From positions 7,907 to 71,906 of the forward strand of contig JBEKDR010000006.1 of NCBI GenBank assembly GCA_050014255.1: a stretch of DNA of 64,000 nucleotides, written 5' to 3'. This document shows, piece after piece, positions 19,745 through 29,068 of this stretch. The position numbers and the translations under genes are program-made. Source of the stretch: Bacteroidales bacterium. Lineage in GTDB: Bacteria; Bacteroidota; Bacteroidia; Bacteroidales; VadinHA17. Under the pieces are notes generated by a model, which was not told where the DNA came from, ran no database searches, and saw only the letters and a list, made by a program, of their open reading frames with translations. Within the stretch, counting starts at the first letter, position 1. Every line of letters starts with the position of its first letter.

Positions 19745-20563
19745 TCAGATCAACTTTTGAATGCTTTTTTCGATATTGAGTTTAACCATCTGATTCAGTC
19801 CTTTTTTATTTAAAAGTTTTTGCAGATATTGAACGGAGCTCTTTTCCTGCAGCTTTACCATGACATCTGCAATGGCCGATTGCATGATGGGTGATTCCTG
19901 AAGGTTTATACTCCTCACAAGGCCTTCCCGAACTCTGGGTTCACGGGACAGTTTGACAAGAGCTTCAAGTGTTGAAAGTCTTACATTGACATTAGGGTCC
20001 TCATTTAAGGTTGTAAACAGAGCATCAATTACTTTATTATTAACATTGCTGATCTCGTCGGTGTATGAAACAGCCCGTATGCGTTCCGATGCCGAAGGGT
20101 CCTGAAGAAGAGAAAGTAGCATTACCTGTTTCAGATCCGAAACCTGTGATGAAAGTGAATTTATTTGCTTATTATAAGAAGTTGCCGATTGCCCGGGCTG
20201 ATGCAACAGATATCCCCCGGTAAGTCCAAGTGCTATCAATAAAATACTGAATGCTAACCTTGGCTGTGCCTGTTGTGACCAAAAGACACGCAGCATAATT
20301 ATCCATTCACTGACAGAATTTCTTTTCGCAATTAGTTCTTCTTTATAATTTGATATTATGGCACTAAAACTAGTCCCTAATGTTTCTGACGGTTCCGGCT
20401 GTGGAATTTCTCCCATCAGATCCCAGATCTTCTTAGCTGCCTCAAATTCTGGCAGGCAACCGGCACAACCAGACAGATGACGTTCCAGTTCACTCTGCTG
20501 CATCTGATCAAGATCGCCGGCCAGAAACGAGGCAAATTGTTCCCTGTAGTCTTTGCATTCCAT
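19745..20563 (-). CDS. Zinc-finger (zf-HC2/ZAS) anti-sigma factor with TM helix and periplasmic HEAT repeats
   Basis: MECKDY...HLSGCAGC (HxxxCxxC), one TM, DPNVNVRLSTLEAL. Start set at ATG 20563. Confidence 0.85.
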   Translation of the reverse strand: MECKDYREQFASFLAGDLDQMQQSELERHLSGCAGCLPEFEAAKKIWDLMGEIPQPEPSETLGTSFSAIISNYKEELIAKRNSVSEWIIMLRVFWSQQAQPRLAFSILLIALGLTGGYLLHQPGQSATSYNKQINSLSSQVSDLKQVMLLSLLQDPSASERIRAVSYTDEISNVNNKVIDALFTTLNEDPNVNVRLSTLEALVKLSREPRVREGLVRSINLQESPIMQSAIADVMVKLQEKSSVQYLQKLLNKKGLNQMVKLNIEKSIQKLI

Positions 20564-20573
20564 ATTGATTTCT

Positions 20574-21125
20574 TTAATTCTCAATTTTCAAATAGTTGTT
20601 TTTTAACTGGTTCAAGGCACGATGAACCCTGACTTTTATTGCACCTTCTGTTGTATTCAGTATTTTCGCTATTTCATTGTATTTCAGCTCCTGAAAACGA
20701 TATAAGATCAATAGTTCCCGGTTTTCATCACTTAATTTTTGCATTGCTGTTTCAAGTGTTTTCAATTCCTGTTCCTTCATCAGAGGCGTATCTGTATACA
20801 GCTCCCCCTCAATTCTTTCTTCATACTCTTTTACATCGGAATGATACGGGGTCCTTTTAACTTTCCTGAAGTGATCATAAACTGCATTTCTTGCTATATG
20901 ATACATCCACATCTTAAATTCACCAAAACCCATAAATCCGTCAGGGTATTTCAACATTCTAAGAAAAATATTCTGAACCATGTCTTCACTCAGCTCTTTC
21001 TGCCGGGTCATGTTAAAAATGAATCTGTACAACTGACGATAGTATCTTTCATAAAGCAGGCCCATTTTATCAATGTCACCGTTTTTTACCTTCAGCATCA
21101 GCGCATTATCCGAGAGAGTATCCAA
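20574..21125 (-). CDS. ECF RNA polymerase sigma-70 factor
   Basis: SEDMVQNIF, FKMWMYHIARN and LKYNEIAKIL..GAIKVRVHRA; TTG start. Confidence 0.92.
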   Translation of the reverse strand: MDTLSDNALMLKVKNGDIDKMGLLYERYYRQLYRFIFNMTRQKELSEDMVQNIFLRMLKYPDGFMGFGEFKMWMYHIARNAVYDHFRKVKRTPYHSDVKEYEERIEGELYTDTPLMKEQELKTLETAMQKLSDENRELLILYRFQELKYNEIAKILNTTEGAIKVRVHRALNQLKNNYLKIEN

Positions 21126-21159
21126 ACCCTGTTGTGTTTATTTCAATCAATTTATACTG

Positions 21160-21187
21160 TAAACCTCTTTAAAAGTAAAAGGTTACA
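21160..21187 (-). promoter_or_regulatory. ECF promoter TGTAACC-N16-GTTTA, probably autoregulatory
   Basis: AAC/GTT-type ECF boxes 35 nt upstream of the sigma gene. Confidence 0.6.
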
Positions 21188-21271
21188 GGAAAAGGGTCAT
21201 TTTCTGTAAAGATACTGATTAGGAGAGAACTCGTAGAATGGAAGTCGGGAGTCCTGAGGGTTAAAAAAATA

Positions 21272-21297
21272 ATCGCCCGTTAAATTTAACGAACGAT
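21272..21297 (-). terminator. Intrinsic terminator
   Basis: Hairpin ATCGCCCGTTAAATTTAACGAACGAT next to an A-run (minus-strand U-tract), downstream of 21347-21688. Confidence 0.5.
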
Positions 21298-21346
21298 CAT
21301 AATTTGACTTTCAATAAATATATGGTATCAGGCTTCCTGTAATTGA

Positions 21347-21688
21347 TTAAACTAAAATAATTACAAGAATAATAACCAAAAGAAGGCCGCCACCACCGTA
21401 CCAACCATACCCTCCTCTATGATGCCTGGTCTCAACAATAACCTGGGTAGTTGCCCTAAGATCTTTGTTCGAATCACTGCTTCCTTTATTTACCAGATTC
21501 TTTTCAGACAAATTATCTGTCTCAGCCCGCCTTGTAATGCGGCTTAATTCCTCGTTGGATAATTTATTCTCTCTCGTATTCAATACCGCTGGTTTATCTG
21601 AATCCTTTTTGGGATCATTAAAACCTGCAAATGCTGAAGTGCTTAATACAAATAGTATTAAAAAAACAAATAACAGATTCTTTTTCAT
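21347..21688 (-). CDS. Small secreted protein with C-terminal Gly-rich linker and TM anchor
   Basis: Signal peptide; ends GGYGWYGGGGLLLVIILVIILV; TAACTTTG promoter box upstream. Confidence 0.7.
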   Translation of the reverse strand: MKKNLLFVFLILFVLSTSAFAGFNDPKKDSDKPAVLNTRENKLSNEELSRITRRAETDNLSEKNLVNKGSSDSNKDLRATTQVIVETRHHRGGYGWYGGGGLLLVIILVIILV

Positions 21689-21980
21689 GATGTAATTTTT
21701 TGATTATTAGTTAATAAGCAAAGTTACGTGTCAAAAAAACCGATCATGTTACATAATTATATAAATAAGTTACATGTTTCGTATATCGCCATCTTACCTA
21801 ACTTTTCCCTTTTCTGTTCAACCTGGACTGTAATAAATACTTTATTTTTAGAATTTCTACTGTTAAATCAAAACATTAAATACTAAAAAGGATAACAAGG
21901 TCACAGGATTCATTTTAACGGTTCGACAGAAAAAAGGATTGAATAAGTCAGAAATGTCTTTAAACCTTGCCTTTCGGGCT

Positions 21981-22176
21981 GTCTTGCTCACTTCGTTCTC
22001 TATCTTAAGGTCTTATGCGATCGTTTTGGCTTTTGAATTTTGGCTGTTAACTTTTGTAATTTGCATTTTCAAGAATTTCTTATCTTAGATTCTACTAATT
22101 TTTACAAAAATGAAAAAATATTTTCTGTTCTTGATTTTAATTGTCGCTCTGAGTTCATGGTCGCTTCAGGATGGGA
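21981..22176 (+). repeat. Promoter + leader module, copy 1
   Basis: 21981-22088 matches 24089-24196 at 95/108 nt; 22085-22176 matches 38269-38360 at 77/92 nt (hand alignment); contains TTTG-N17-TAtcTTAG. Confidence 0.85.
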
Positions 22177-24008
22177 CAGTAAAAATCAGGATGAATCGTT
22201 TTCTTCAGCTTCGATTCATGCTAAAAGTATCTCTTCTGTGGTTGATAATTGCCTGCTTTCAGATAAACCTTTTCTCACAGACAATCGATGTCAGCAAAAA
22301 ACTTAAGGGTTTTGATACATATATGGATAAAATCCTGAAAGACTGGAATATTGCCGGAGCAGGTGTCGGAATTGTATATAAAGACAAGTTGGTTTTTGCC
22401 AAAGGATATGGTTACCGTGAGTATGAGCAAAAACTTCCCGTTACACCTAAAACCTTATTTCAGATTGCTTCGAACACAAAACTGTTTACAGCAATTTCTG
22501 TAGGAATGCTTGTTGACCAGGGAAAACTTGACTGGGATAAACCGATACGTAATTATGTTCCCTCAATTGAGTTTTATAATAACGACCTGAATAATTCTGT
22601 CACCATACGCGATATGCTGTCGCACCGGACTGGTATTTCCCGGCATGACCTAATATGGTACAAATCTGATTTCAGTCGCAAGGAACTATTTGAACGTTTT
22701 AAATATCTTGAACCCAGTCAACCGCTAAGACAAGGATTTCTTTATAATAATCTGATGTATGTTGGGGCAGGTTACATAATTGAACTTCTGAGTTCAAAAA
22801 CATGGGAAACATTTTTGCAGGAGAACATATTTAATCCTCTGGAAATGAAAAGTACGGTCTTCACTGTTAAAGAGATGGAGCAAAATCCTGATCATGGAGT
22901 TCCTTACAATGAGAAGAGGGATACGACACTGTTATACAAGATCCCGATATATGAGGATCAACAGGCGGTAGGACCAGCAGGTGCAATAATTTCGAGTATT
23001 GAGGATATGTCGAACTGGCTGATAGCTCTGATGAATAATGGGAAATTTAAGAAAAGGCAGGTCATTCCAGAAAGAATAGTAAAGGCAACTCTTGAGCCCA
23101 CCGTTGCATTGCCAAACAACGGTTTGGAGAACAAAGGTTATAAAGAAATCCTTAATTCCTTTTATGGTATGGGAAGATTCACTTTATCATACAGGGGTCA
23201 CTTTATGACAAATCATGGTGGAGCTCTTCCCGGTTTTTATTCCCAGGTTTCTGCCATGCCCTATGACAGTATCGGAGTAATTGTATTTGTTATTGGTGAC
23301 CAGGGTTCCGCACTCAGTAATATAATACCTTACAACATCTTTGAAAGATTACTGGGACTTGACCTGACTCCATGGAGTGAAAGAGGCCTGAAAGATCAGA
23401 TTGAAGGTAAAAAGATCGGGAAGGAAGGACGCAGTAAATCAGGCACTGATCGTATAGCAGGAACCAGGCCATCACATCCCCTGACAGATTATGTCGGCCA
23501 ATATCAGAATCCGGCATACGGAATTATTAATATTACCCTGGCAGATACAGCATTACAATTTGATTTCCATAACATGAAGCTGCCTCTTAAACATTATCAT
23601 TACGACCGGTTTGATACTCCAAATGATGAACAATGGGGCCTCTGGACACTGAATTTCACAACTAATCCGCAAGGAAGCATAGATGCTCTTTATACTTCGC
23701 TTGACGAGAACCAGACCATTTTCACAAGAAAAGCTGATGCTTCCTTAAGTGATCCAGTAGTACTTGCAAAATATGTTGGGAAATATACCATCGCCGGAAA
23801 TTTTATAAATATGGAACTTATTGATAAGGATCTCTATATGATTGCCCCCGGTCAACCAAGGATTAGACTGATACCCGTGAAAACACACACTTTCAGAATA
23901 AATGAATTCCCGGACATTAGTATTGTGTTCATTTTAGAGAATGGCGAGGTAAAAGCGTTCAAACAAATCGATCCCTCGGGAGAATACCGAGTAGAAAAGC
24001 AAAAATAG
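22110..24008 (+). CDS. Serine hydrolase (beta-lactamase/AmpC-like) with DUF3471 C-terminal domain
   Basis: ASNTK (SxxK), LSHRTG, YNN and HGG motifs. Two tandem signal-like segments; alternative starts at 22191 or 22218. Confidence 0.9.
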   Translation: MKKYFLFLILIVALSSWSLQDGTVKIRMNRFLQLRFMLKVSLLWLIIACFQINLFSQTIDVSKKLKGFDTYMDKILKDWNIAGAGVGIVYKDKLVFAKGYGYREYEQKLPVTPKTLFQIASNTKLFTAISVGMLVDQGKLDWDKPIRNYVPSIEFYNNDLNNSVTIRDMLSHRTGISRHDLIWYKSDFSRKELFERFKYLEPSQPLRQGFLYNNLMYVGAGYIIELLSSKTWETFLQENIFNPLEMKSTVFTVKEMEQNPDHGVPYNEKRDTTLLYKIPIYEDQQAVGPAGAIISSIEDMSNWLIALMNNGKFKKRQVIPERIVKATLEPTVALPNNGLENKGYKEILNSFYGMGRFTLSYRGHFMTNHGGALPGFYSQVSAMPYDSIGVIVFVIGDQGSALSNIIPYNIFERLLGLDLTPWSERGLKDQIEGKKIGKEGRSKSGTDRIAGTRPSHPLTDYVGQYQNPAYGIINITLADTALQFDFHNMKLPLKHYHYDRFDTPNDEQWGLWTLNFTTNPQGSIDALYTSLDENQTIFTRKADASLSDPVVLAKYVGKYTIAGNFINMELIDKDLYMIAPGQPRIRLIPVKTHTFRINEFPDISIVFILENGEVKAFKQIDPSGEYRVEKQK

Positions 24009-24088
24009 GGGCTTCCCAACGCACAACTCACGCTTCAAGGAAAATCATTATTTCTACTTCCTTGATTCGAGCGTTGTATGGTCTTGGA

Positions 24089-24253
24089 GTCTTGATCACT
24101 ACGTTCGCTGTCTTGAGGTCTTTTACGATCGTTTTGGCTTTTGACTTTTGACTCTTAACTTTTGCAATTTGCATTTTCAAAAATTTCTTACCTTAGTTAG
24201 TCTTAATTTTTACTTGCGTGAAAAAATATATCCTTTTTTTAATCCTGATAGTT
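24089..24253 (+). repeat. Promoter + leader module, copy 2
   Basis: 108-bp direct repeat of 21981-22088, followed by a leader encoding MKKYILFLILIV. Confidence 0.8.
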
Positions 24254-25675
24254 CACCTGAACATATTTCAAGTGAATGCACAAACAAAAAATTATCCTGC
24301 TGATATTGAGGAAAAAATCAAATTGGTTGAAAATAACCTGGCAGGATGGGTGCAGACCGGAACCAATGACAGATGGAACCTGACTGAAAGGATGAAAAAA
24401 TATAATATCAATGGCCTCAGCATTGCAGTTATCCATAATTATCAGATCGAATGGGCCAGGGGATACGGATTAGCCGATGTTTCTGAAAATCGGCCCGTGA
24501 CTGAGAATACGCTATTCCAGGCCGCTTCAATCAGCAAATCCATTAACAGTGTCGGAGTTTTAAAACTGGTTCAGGAAAAGAAACTCGACCTGGATACCGA
24601 TATCAATAAATATCTTGTAACCTGGAAGTTCCCGTATGATGAGAAATCAAATAACAAAAAGATAACTATATCCAACCTTTTAAGCCATACAGCAGGACTT
24701 ACAATTCATGGTTTTCCCGGTTATGCAAAAGGAGATTCTATTCCTACCCTTTCCCAGATCCTCGACGGAAAGAAACCTGCCAATACCGTGGCAGTTAGAT
24801 CATCAGCAGAACCCGGGAAGAGTGTTAACTATTCAGGCGGAGGCATAACAGTTTCACAGATGATTGTTATGGATGTCACGCATCAGCCTTATGACGTCTT
24901 TATGCAGAAAAATGTTCTGGATCTCCTCGGCATGACAGGCAGTTCATATACACAACCGCCTGCCGAGGCAAAAGAAAAGCTGCTGGCAACCGGTTATAAG
25001 GCTGATGGAAAGGAAGTTCCTGGTAAATTCCATATTTATCCCGAACAGGCAGCTGCAGGGTTATGGACAAATCCCAGCGATCTTTGCAGATATATCATCG
25101 AAACTCAACTCTCGTGGCAGGGAAAATCGTCGAAGGTGCTGACGCAGGAGATGACCAGGTTAAGGCTAACTCCTGTAATGGAGGATGCGGCACTTGGAAC
25201 ATTTGTTAATTCCAGAGTCACGGGTTCTTTGAAATATTTTAATCATAACGGAGGGAATGAAGGATTTCAATGCACTGCAATCGGCTGCCGCGATAACGGG
25301 GAGGGAGTGGTGATCATGACCAATTCTGATAATGGATCACTTATTTATGAGGAGATAGCTAACAGCGTTGCAACCGTATATCACTGGAAGGATTATTATC
25401 TGCCGGAAATAAAAAAGGTAATTGATATAGATACAACACTTCTCGACAAGTATGCAGGTAAGTATAGTACTGACGGGAAAACAGCAATTTTCAGAAGAAA
25501 TGGCTATGACTTCTCAATAAACGTGCTTGGTGATCTTTTCTGGAAAGTATATTTTACCTCTGATAGTGATTTCTTTGCAAGAGAATTCAGGGGCTTTCTC
25601 AGATTTCATACCGATAAGGATAAAAAAGTCACAGGATTCAGCTTTAATGGCATGACGGCAAAGAAGGTGGAGTGA
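24218..25675 (+). CDS. Serine hydrolase (beta-lactamase family)
   Basis: AASISK, LLSHTAG, YSGGG and HNGGNEG motifs; signal peptide; GTG start. Confidence 0.9.
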   Translation: MKKYILFLILIVHLNIFQVNAQTKNYPADIEEKIKLVENNLAGWVQTGTNDRWNLTERMKKYNINGLSIAVIHNYQIEWARGYGLADVSENRPVTENTLFQAASISKSINSVGVLKLVQEKKLDLDTDINKYLVTWKFPYDEKSNNKKITISNLLSHTAGLTIHGFPGYAKGDSIPTLSQILDGKKPANTVAVRSSAEPGKSVNYSGGGITVSQMIVMDVTHQPYDVFMQKNVLDLLGMTGSSYTQPPAEAKEKLLATGYKADGKEVPGKFHIYPEQAAAGLWTNPSDLCRYIIETQLSWQGKSSKVLTQEMTRLRLTPVMEDAALGTFVNSRVTGSLKYFNHNGGNEGFQCTAIGCRDNGEGVVIMTNSDNGSLIYEEIANSVATVYHWKDYYLPEIKKVIDIDTTLLDKYAGKYSTDGKTAIFRRNGYDFSINVLGDLFWKVYFTSDSDFFAREFRGFLRFHTDKDKKVTGFSFNGMTAKKVE

Positions 25676-25683
25676 AACCATAA

Positions 25684-25866
25684 GAGTTTGTCGAAAAAGT
25701 TTTTTTTAACCGCAGAGTTCACAAAGTAGGCGCGCCACCTGGCCGCTTCGCGGCCATCCCCCTGAAGGGGGATTAATTCGGTCACATTTAGCAAATTAAC
25801 CCCCCTTTAGGGGGGAAGGGGGCAAAATGCTTTGCGGTTAATGGATTTCGACTTTTTCAATAGCCC
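25684..25866. mobile_element. MITE-like nested palindromic element
   Basis: Imperfect terminal IRs GAGTTTGTCGAAAAAGT / ACTTTTTCAATAGCCC, inner TTAACCGCAGAG / CTTTGCGGTTAA, and two CCCCCT..AGGGGG hairpins; no ORF. Confidence 0.5.
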
Positions 25867-25917
25867 GAACAAGTCATTTACTTGATTATAAGTCTATTTG
25901 GATGACTTAAGTGACTC

Positions 25918-26455
25918 TTAAAAAACAGGAAAAACCCGTCAATAAAATAGAAAATACCTATAACCCCTAAGATCAGACTGCAGATCCATACAAACCTTTT
26001 TTTCGAAAGGGTTGCTATGGAAGAAAGCAAAAAAGATATCCGGAGAAAGATGACAGCAATGCCAAATTTCCCTGAGTGTTTCTTAGAATCGTCCCTCAGG
26101 TTTTCGAAATCCTTCGCACCTTTCGATATCGCTTCCTTTTCAGACTTGTAGGTTTTAACCTTTTAGGCATAAACTACAATCATGCCATCGCATTTCTTTA
26201 TCAGTTCTTCATTGCCTTTCTGCTTCTCAAGCGATGCTACCTGAATCTCAAGGTTTTCCCTTCGCAGATCGTAGATATAGCTTTTTATGCTTTTGCTCTG
26301 AAAAATGCCCATTGATCGCTGGCCAGTGCCTGGTTCAGCAGGCTCATGGTACTGAAACCACCCCCTTTAAAAGTTGATAATGTTGCAGCCACGGCAATCA
26401 AGATGGTGGTAATGGCCATATATGTCATCCATTTTTCTTTTTTAACCTCTTCCAT
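25918..26455 (-). pseudogene. DUF4337 family membrane protein, disrupted
   Basis: MEEVKKEKWMTYMAITT...ASDQWAF, 1-nt frameshift at 26301-26305, QSKSIKSY..., in-frame TAA at 26163-26165, then ...HSGKFGIAVIFLRISFLLSSIATLSKKRFVW...GFFLF. Confidence 0.75.
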
Positions 26456-26544
26456 ATCCTGTAAAATAAAATTGCTGTTTTAAAATTCCGGCAAAAATAA
26501 TTAAAGTAATTAATATTCAAAACCCATATGCCGCTTCTCAGGTT

Positions 26545-26572
26545 CCGCACACCGCTGACCGCATGCCGCATA
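26545..26572 (+). repeat. Heptamer tandem array
   Basis: CCGCACA CCGCTGA CCGCATG CCGCATA. Confidence 0.55.
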
Positions 26573-26670
26573 CCAATCGTTTGCAACAGCATTAGGACCG
26601 ATTTTTTGTAATCTGATGGAATTTCCCTTAATTTGAGGAAAGATCCTATAAACATTAAAAATAACATTAT

Positions 26671-27960
26671 ATGATTTCCAGACATTCCCTCTTTTTTTGT
26701 TTTTTCTCCTTTGCCTTTCTTTTTGTCACAAAACAGGCCGGCTCTCAGGATAAGAACTGGACTCAGTTCAGGGGAAGCGACCTGAATGGCTTGGCATTGA
26801 ATGAAAAAATTCCGCTTAAATGGGATGACTCCTCTATTAAATGGAAAACTGCAATACATGACCAGGGATATTCCTCTCCTGTTATTTATGACAATCAGGT
26901 CTGGATAACGGCAGCAAAATCTGACGGAAAAGAGCTTTATGCTGTCTGTACGGATTTTCAAACAGGTAAAATTATTTATGATATTAAGGTATTTGCTCCT
27001 GAAGAAGTTGAGGGCAAGCACTCTATAAATACTTATGCCTCTCCCACACCCTGTATTGAAAAAGGTTTTGTATATGTACATTACGGGAGCAATGGAACTG
27101 CCTGCATAAATACTACAAATGGTTCAATCGTATGGAAACGTAACGATTTCAAATGTAAGCACGTCCAGGGTCCGGCTTCATCACCTGTAATTTATAAAAA
27201 CCTGCTAATCCTGCACTTTGAAGGCGTTGATGTCAGGTTTATCGTTGCTCTTGATAAATCGAACGGAAAGATTATCTGGCGAAGTGACAGACCCACCGAA
27301 CCTTATGAACCATTATCGAAAATCGGGAGAAAAGCATATATAACCCCTCTAATAATAAATGTTAAAGGACATGATATGCTGATCTCCAATGGTTCAGCCG
27401 TATGTATAGCCTACGATCCCAACTCCGGCAAAGAAATATGGAGGGTTGTTGACGGAGCCGAATCGACAATAGCTATGCCCTTTTCAGAGAAAGGAATATT
27501 GTACTGGTATACAGGATACAAAGCAGACGGAAACGGTAATAAAAGCACCAACCTGCTGGCAGTCAATCCCGAGGGCAATGGAGATATAACAGGGACAAAC
27601 ATTATATGGAAAAAACAGGAAGAACTTTCACGAAACCAGTGCCTCACACCAGTTATAAAAGATGGATTGATATATACTGTCAATACCCGGAACATAATGA
27701 TGTGCATTGATGCAGCATCCGGAGAAGAAGTCTGGTCAATACATGTGACATCAAATTATGATGCGTCACCGCTGTACGTAAATGGCAATATCCTGTTTTT
27801 CTCGGTAAAAGGGGAAGTTATCGCAATAAAAGCAGGCCGGAAGTATGATGTTGTCGCTCAGAATCAAATGGATTCAGGGATCTGGGCAACACCTGCGATT
27901 TTAAGAAATTCCGTTATATTGAGAACACAAAAGTATTTGTACAGGATAGGAGGGGAGTGA
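26671..27960 (+). CDS. PQQ-binding-like beta-propeller protein (BamB-like)
   Basis: NWTQFRG, GYSSPVI, YASPTP and repeated G...W blades; signal peptide. Confidence 0.88.
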   Translation: MISRHSLFFCFFSFAFLFVTKQAGSQDKNWTQFRGSDLNGLALNEKIPLKWDDSSIKWKTAIHDQGYSSPVIYDNQVWITAAKSDGKELYAVCTDFQTGKIIYDIKVFAPEEVEGKHSINTYASPTPCIEKGFVYVHYGSNGTACINTTNGSIVWKRNDFKCKHVQGPASSPVIYKNLLILHFEGVDVRFIVALDKSNGKIIWRSDRPTEPYEPLSKIGRKAYITPLIINVKGHDMLISNGSAVCIAYDPNSGKEIWRVVDGAESTIAMPFSEKGILYWYTGYKADGNGNKSTNLLAVNPEGNGDITGTNIIWKKQEELSRNQCLTPVIKDGLIYTVNTRNIMMCIDAASGEEVWSIHVTSNYDASPLYVNGNILFFSVKGEVIAIKAGRKYDVVAQNQMDSGIWATPAILRNSVILRTQKYLYRIGGE

Positions 27961-28007
27961 AAATAGTCTTGCGGTCATATTGACTTTTGACTTTCTCCTT
28001 TCTCCTT

Positions 28008-28706
28008 TTAACTTTTCTTCTTAACAGGATATCCGATCGTCTGACCAAATAGCACCCGTTGATCGGCGCGCAAATTTAATTTTGCCGTCAGAGCAGGTTT
28101 ATTGCAATTATGGAACCAGCATGCCAGACCTTGTGAGGCAGCAAACAAATATACATTGCCTGCGATGAGACCCGTATCGACATAATAATATGACTTTTGA
28201 ATTTCCGGATTCTGTAAACCAGGTTCCTGGTAACCTGAAGTATTAGAAAGTTTATTCACATCGGCAATGTAGATGAGACGAACGGGAGCCTTATCTCCAA
28301 AAGTCGCCTGCCCATGACCAATTGCCAGAGTGCGCAAATCTCTGGCAATGACAGGAATCAATCTGTGATGAAATGCATCATAGAAATAAGTTCCTTCTTC
28401 CAGTGCAACATAAAGATCAATTTCCTGTGAGTTGCTGGCTGTTGCCGCAGTTCTCCCCGGTATTCCAAACGGGACCTTGTTACGATTTACCCCGCAGGCA
28501 GACCAGAGAAGATTTGAAAGCACCTGCAAAGGCAGTTTTTTATTGCTTATTTCACGGATAGTTTTTCGTTGCTTTAATGCTTTCAGGACTGATCTTCGGC
28601 TATCAGTTTCAGGTTTCAGAAGTACAATCGGTTTCATATTCTGTAAACCGATATCAATAAATTCAGAAGTTTGAGATGCTGATTTTTCTATTCTTTTCTT
28701 AATCAT
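28008..28706 (-). CDS. Nitroreductase family protein (SagB/ThcOx-like FMN oxidoreductase)
   Basis: ALKQRKTIRE, LSNLLWSACG, RTAATASN and DTGLIAGNVYLFAAS. The ORF-track extension to 28844 runs through a REP element, so the start is set at ATG 28706. Confidence 0.85.
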   Translation of the reverse strand: MIKKRIEKSASQTSEFIDIGLQNMKPIVLLKPETDSRRSVLKALKQRKTIREISNKKLPLQVLSNLLWSACGVNRNKVPFGIPGRTAATASNSQEIDLYVALEEGTYFYDAFHHRLIPVIARDLRTLAIGHGQATFGDKAPVRLIYIADVNKLSNTSGYQEPGLQNPEIQKSYYYVDTGLIAGNVYLFAASQGLACWFHNCNKPALTAKLNLRADQRVLFGQTIGYPVKKKS

Positions 28707-28729
28707 TGAAGTCTCCTTTCCTTTTGACA

Positions 28730-28796
28730 GGAGATTTCTCACTTCTCTGCCTGTCGGCGGATAAGTTCGGGATCCCGAGTGAAAGCGAGGGATCTC
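28730..28796. repeat. REP-like pair, same family as 12251-12443
   Basis: GAGATTTCTCACTTC[TCTGCCTGTCGGCGGATAA]GTTCGGGAT overlapping ATCCCGAGTGAAAGCGAGGGATCTC. Confidence 0.6.
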
Positions 28797-29068
28797 CTTT
28801 TTGCTGCCACTCTTTTGTAAAAGTAATATTCCGATTAAATTCATGATTCCCGAGACTCATACAAATTTATATTTGATATAAATAAACAAAACAAAAATCA
28901 ATATATAATTGTTTTGAATATTGTTGACTATAATAAACAATAATAATCAGACTTATAAATAATCAGAAGAAAGCTAAAATTTGGTTTTTAATATCCCATT
29001 ATATATATTTGTTTTGATCCTACACTGATAAACCTGTTTTTACTGATACCTTAACTAAGAATAACCAG

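Noticed and set aside
22110-25675. Serine hydrolases as true beta-lactamases
   Set aside because: SxxK-family proteins of this architecture are mostly peptidases or esterases; resistance cannot be inferred from the sequence.
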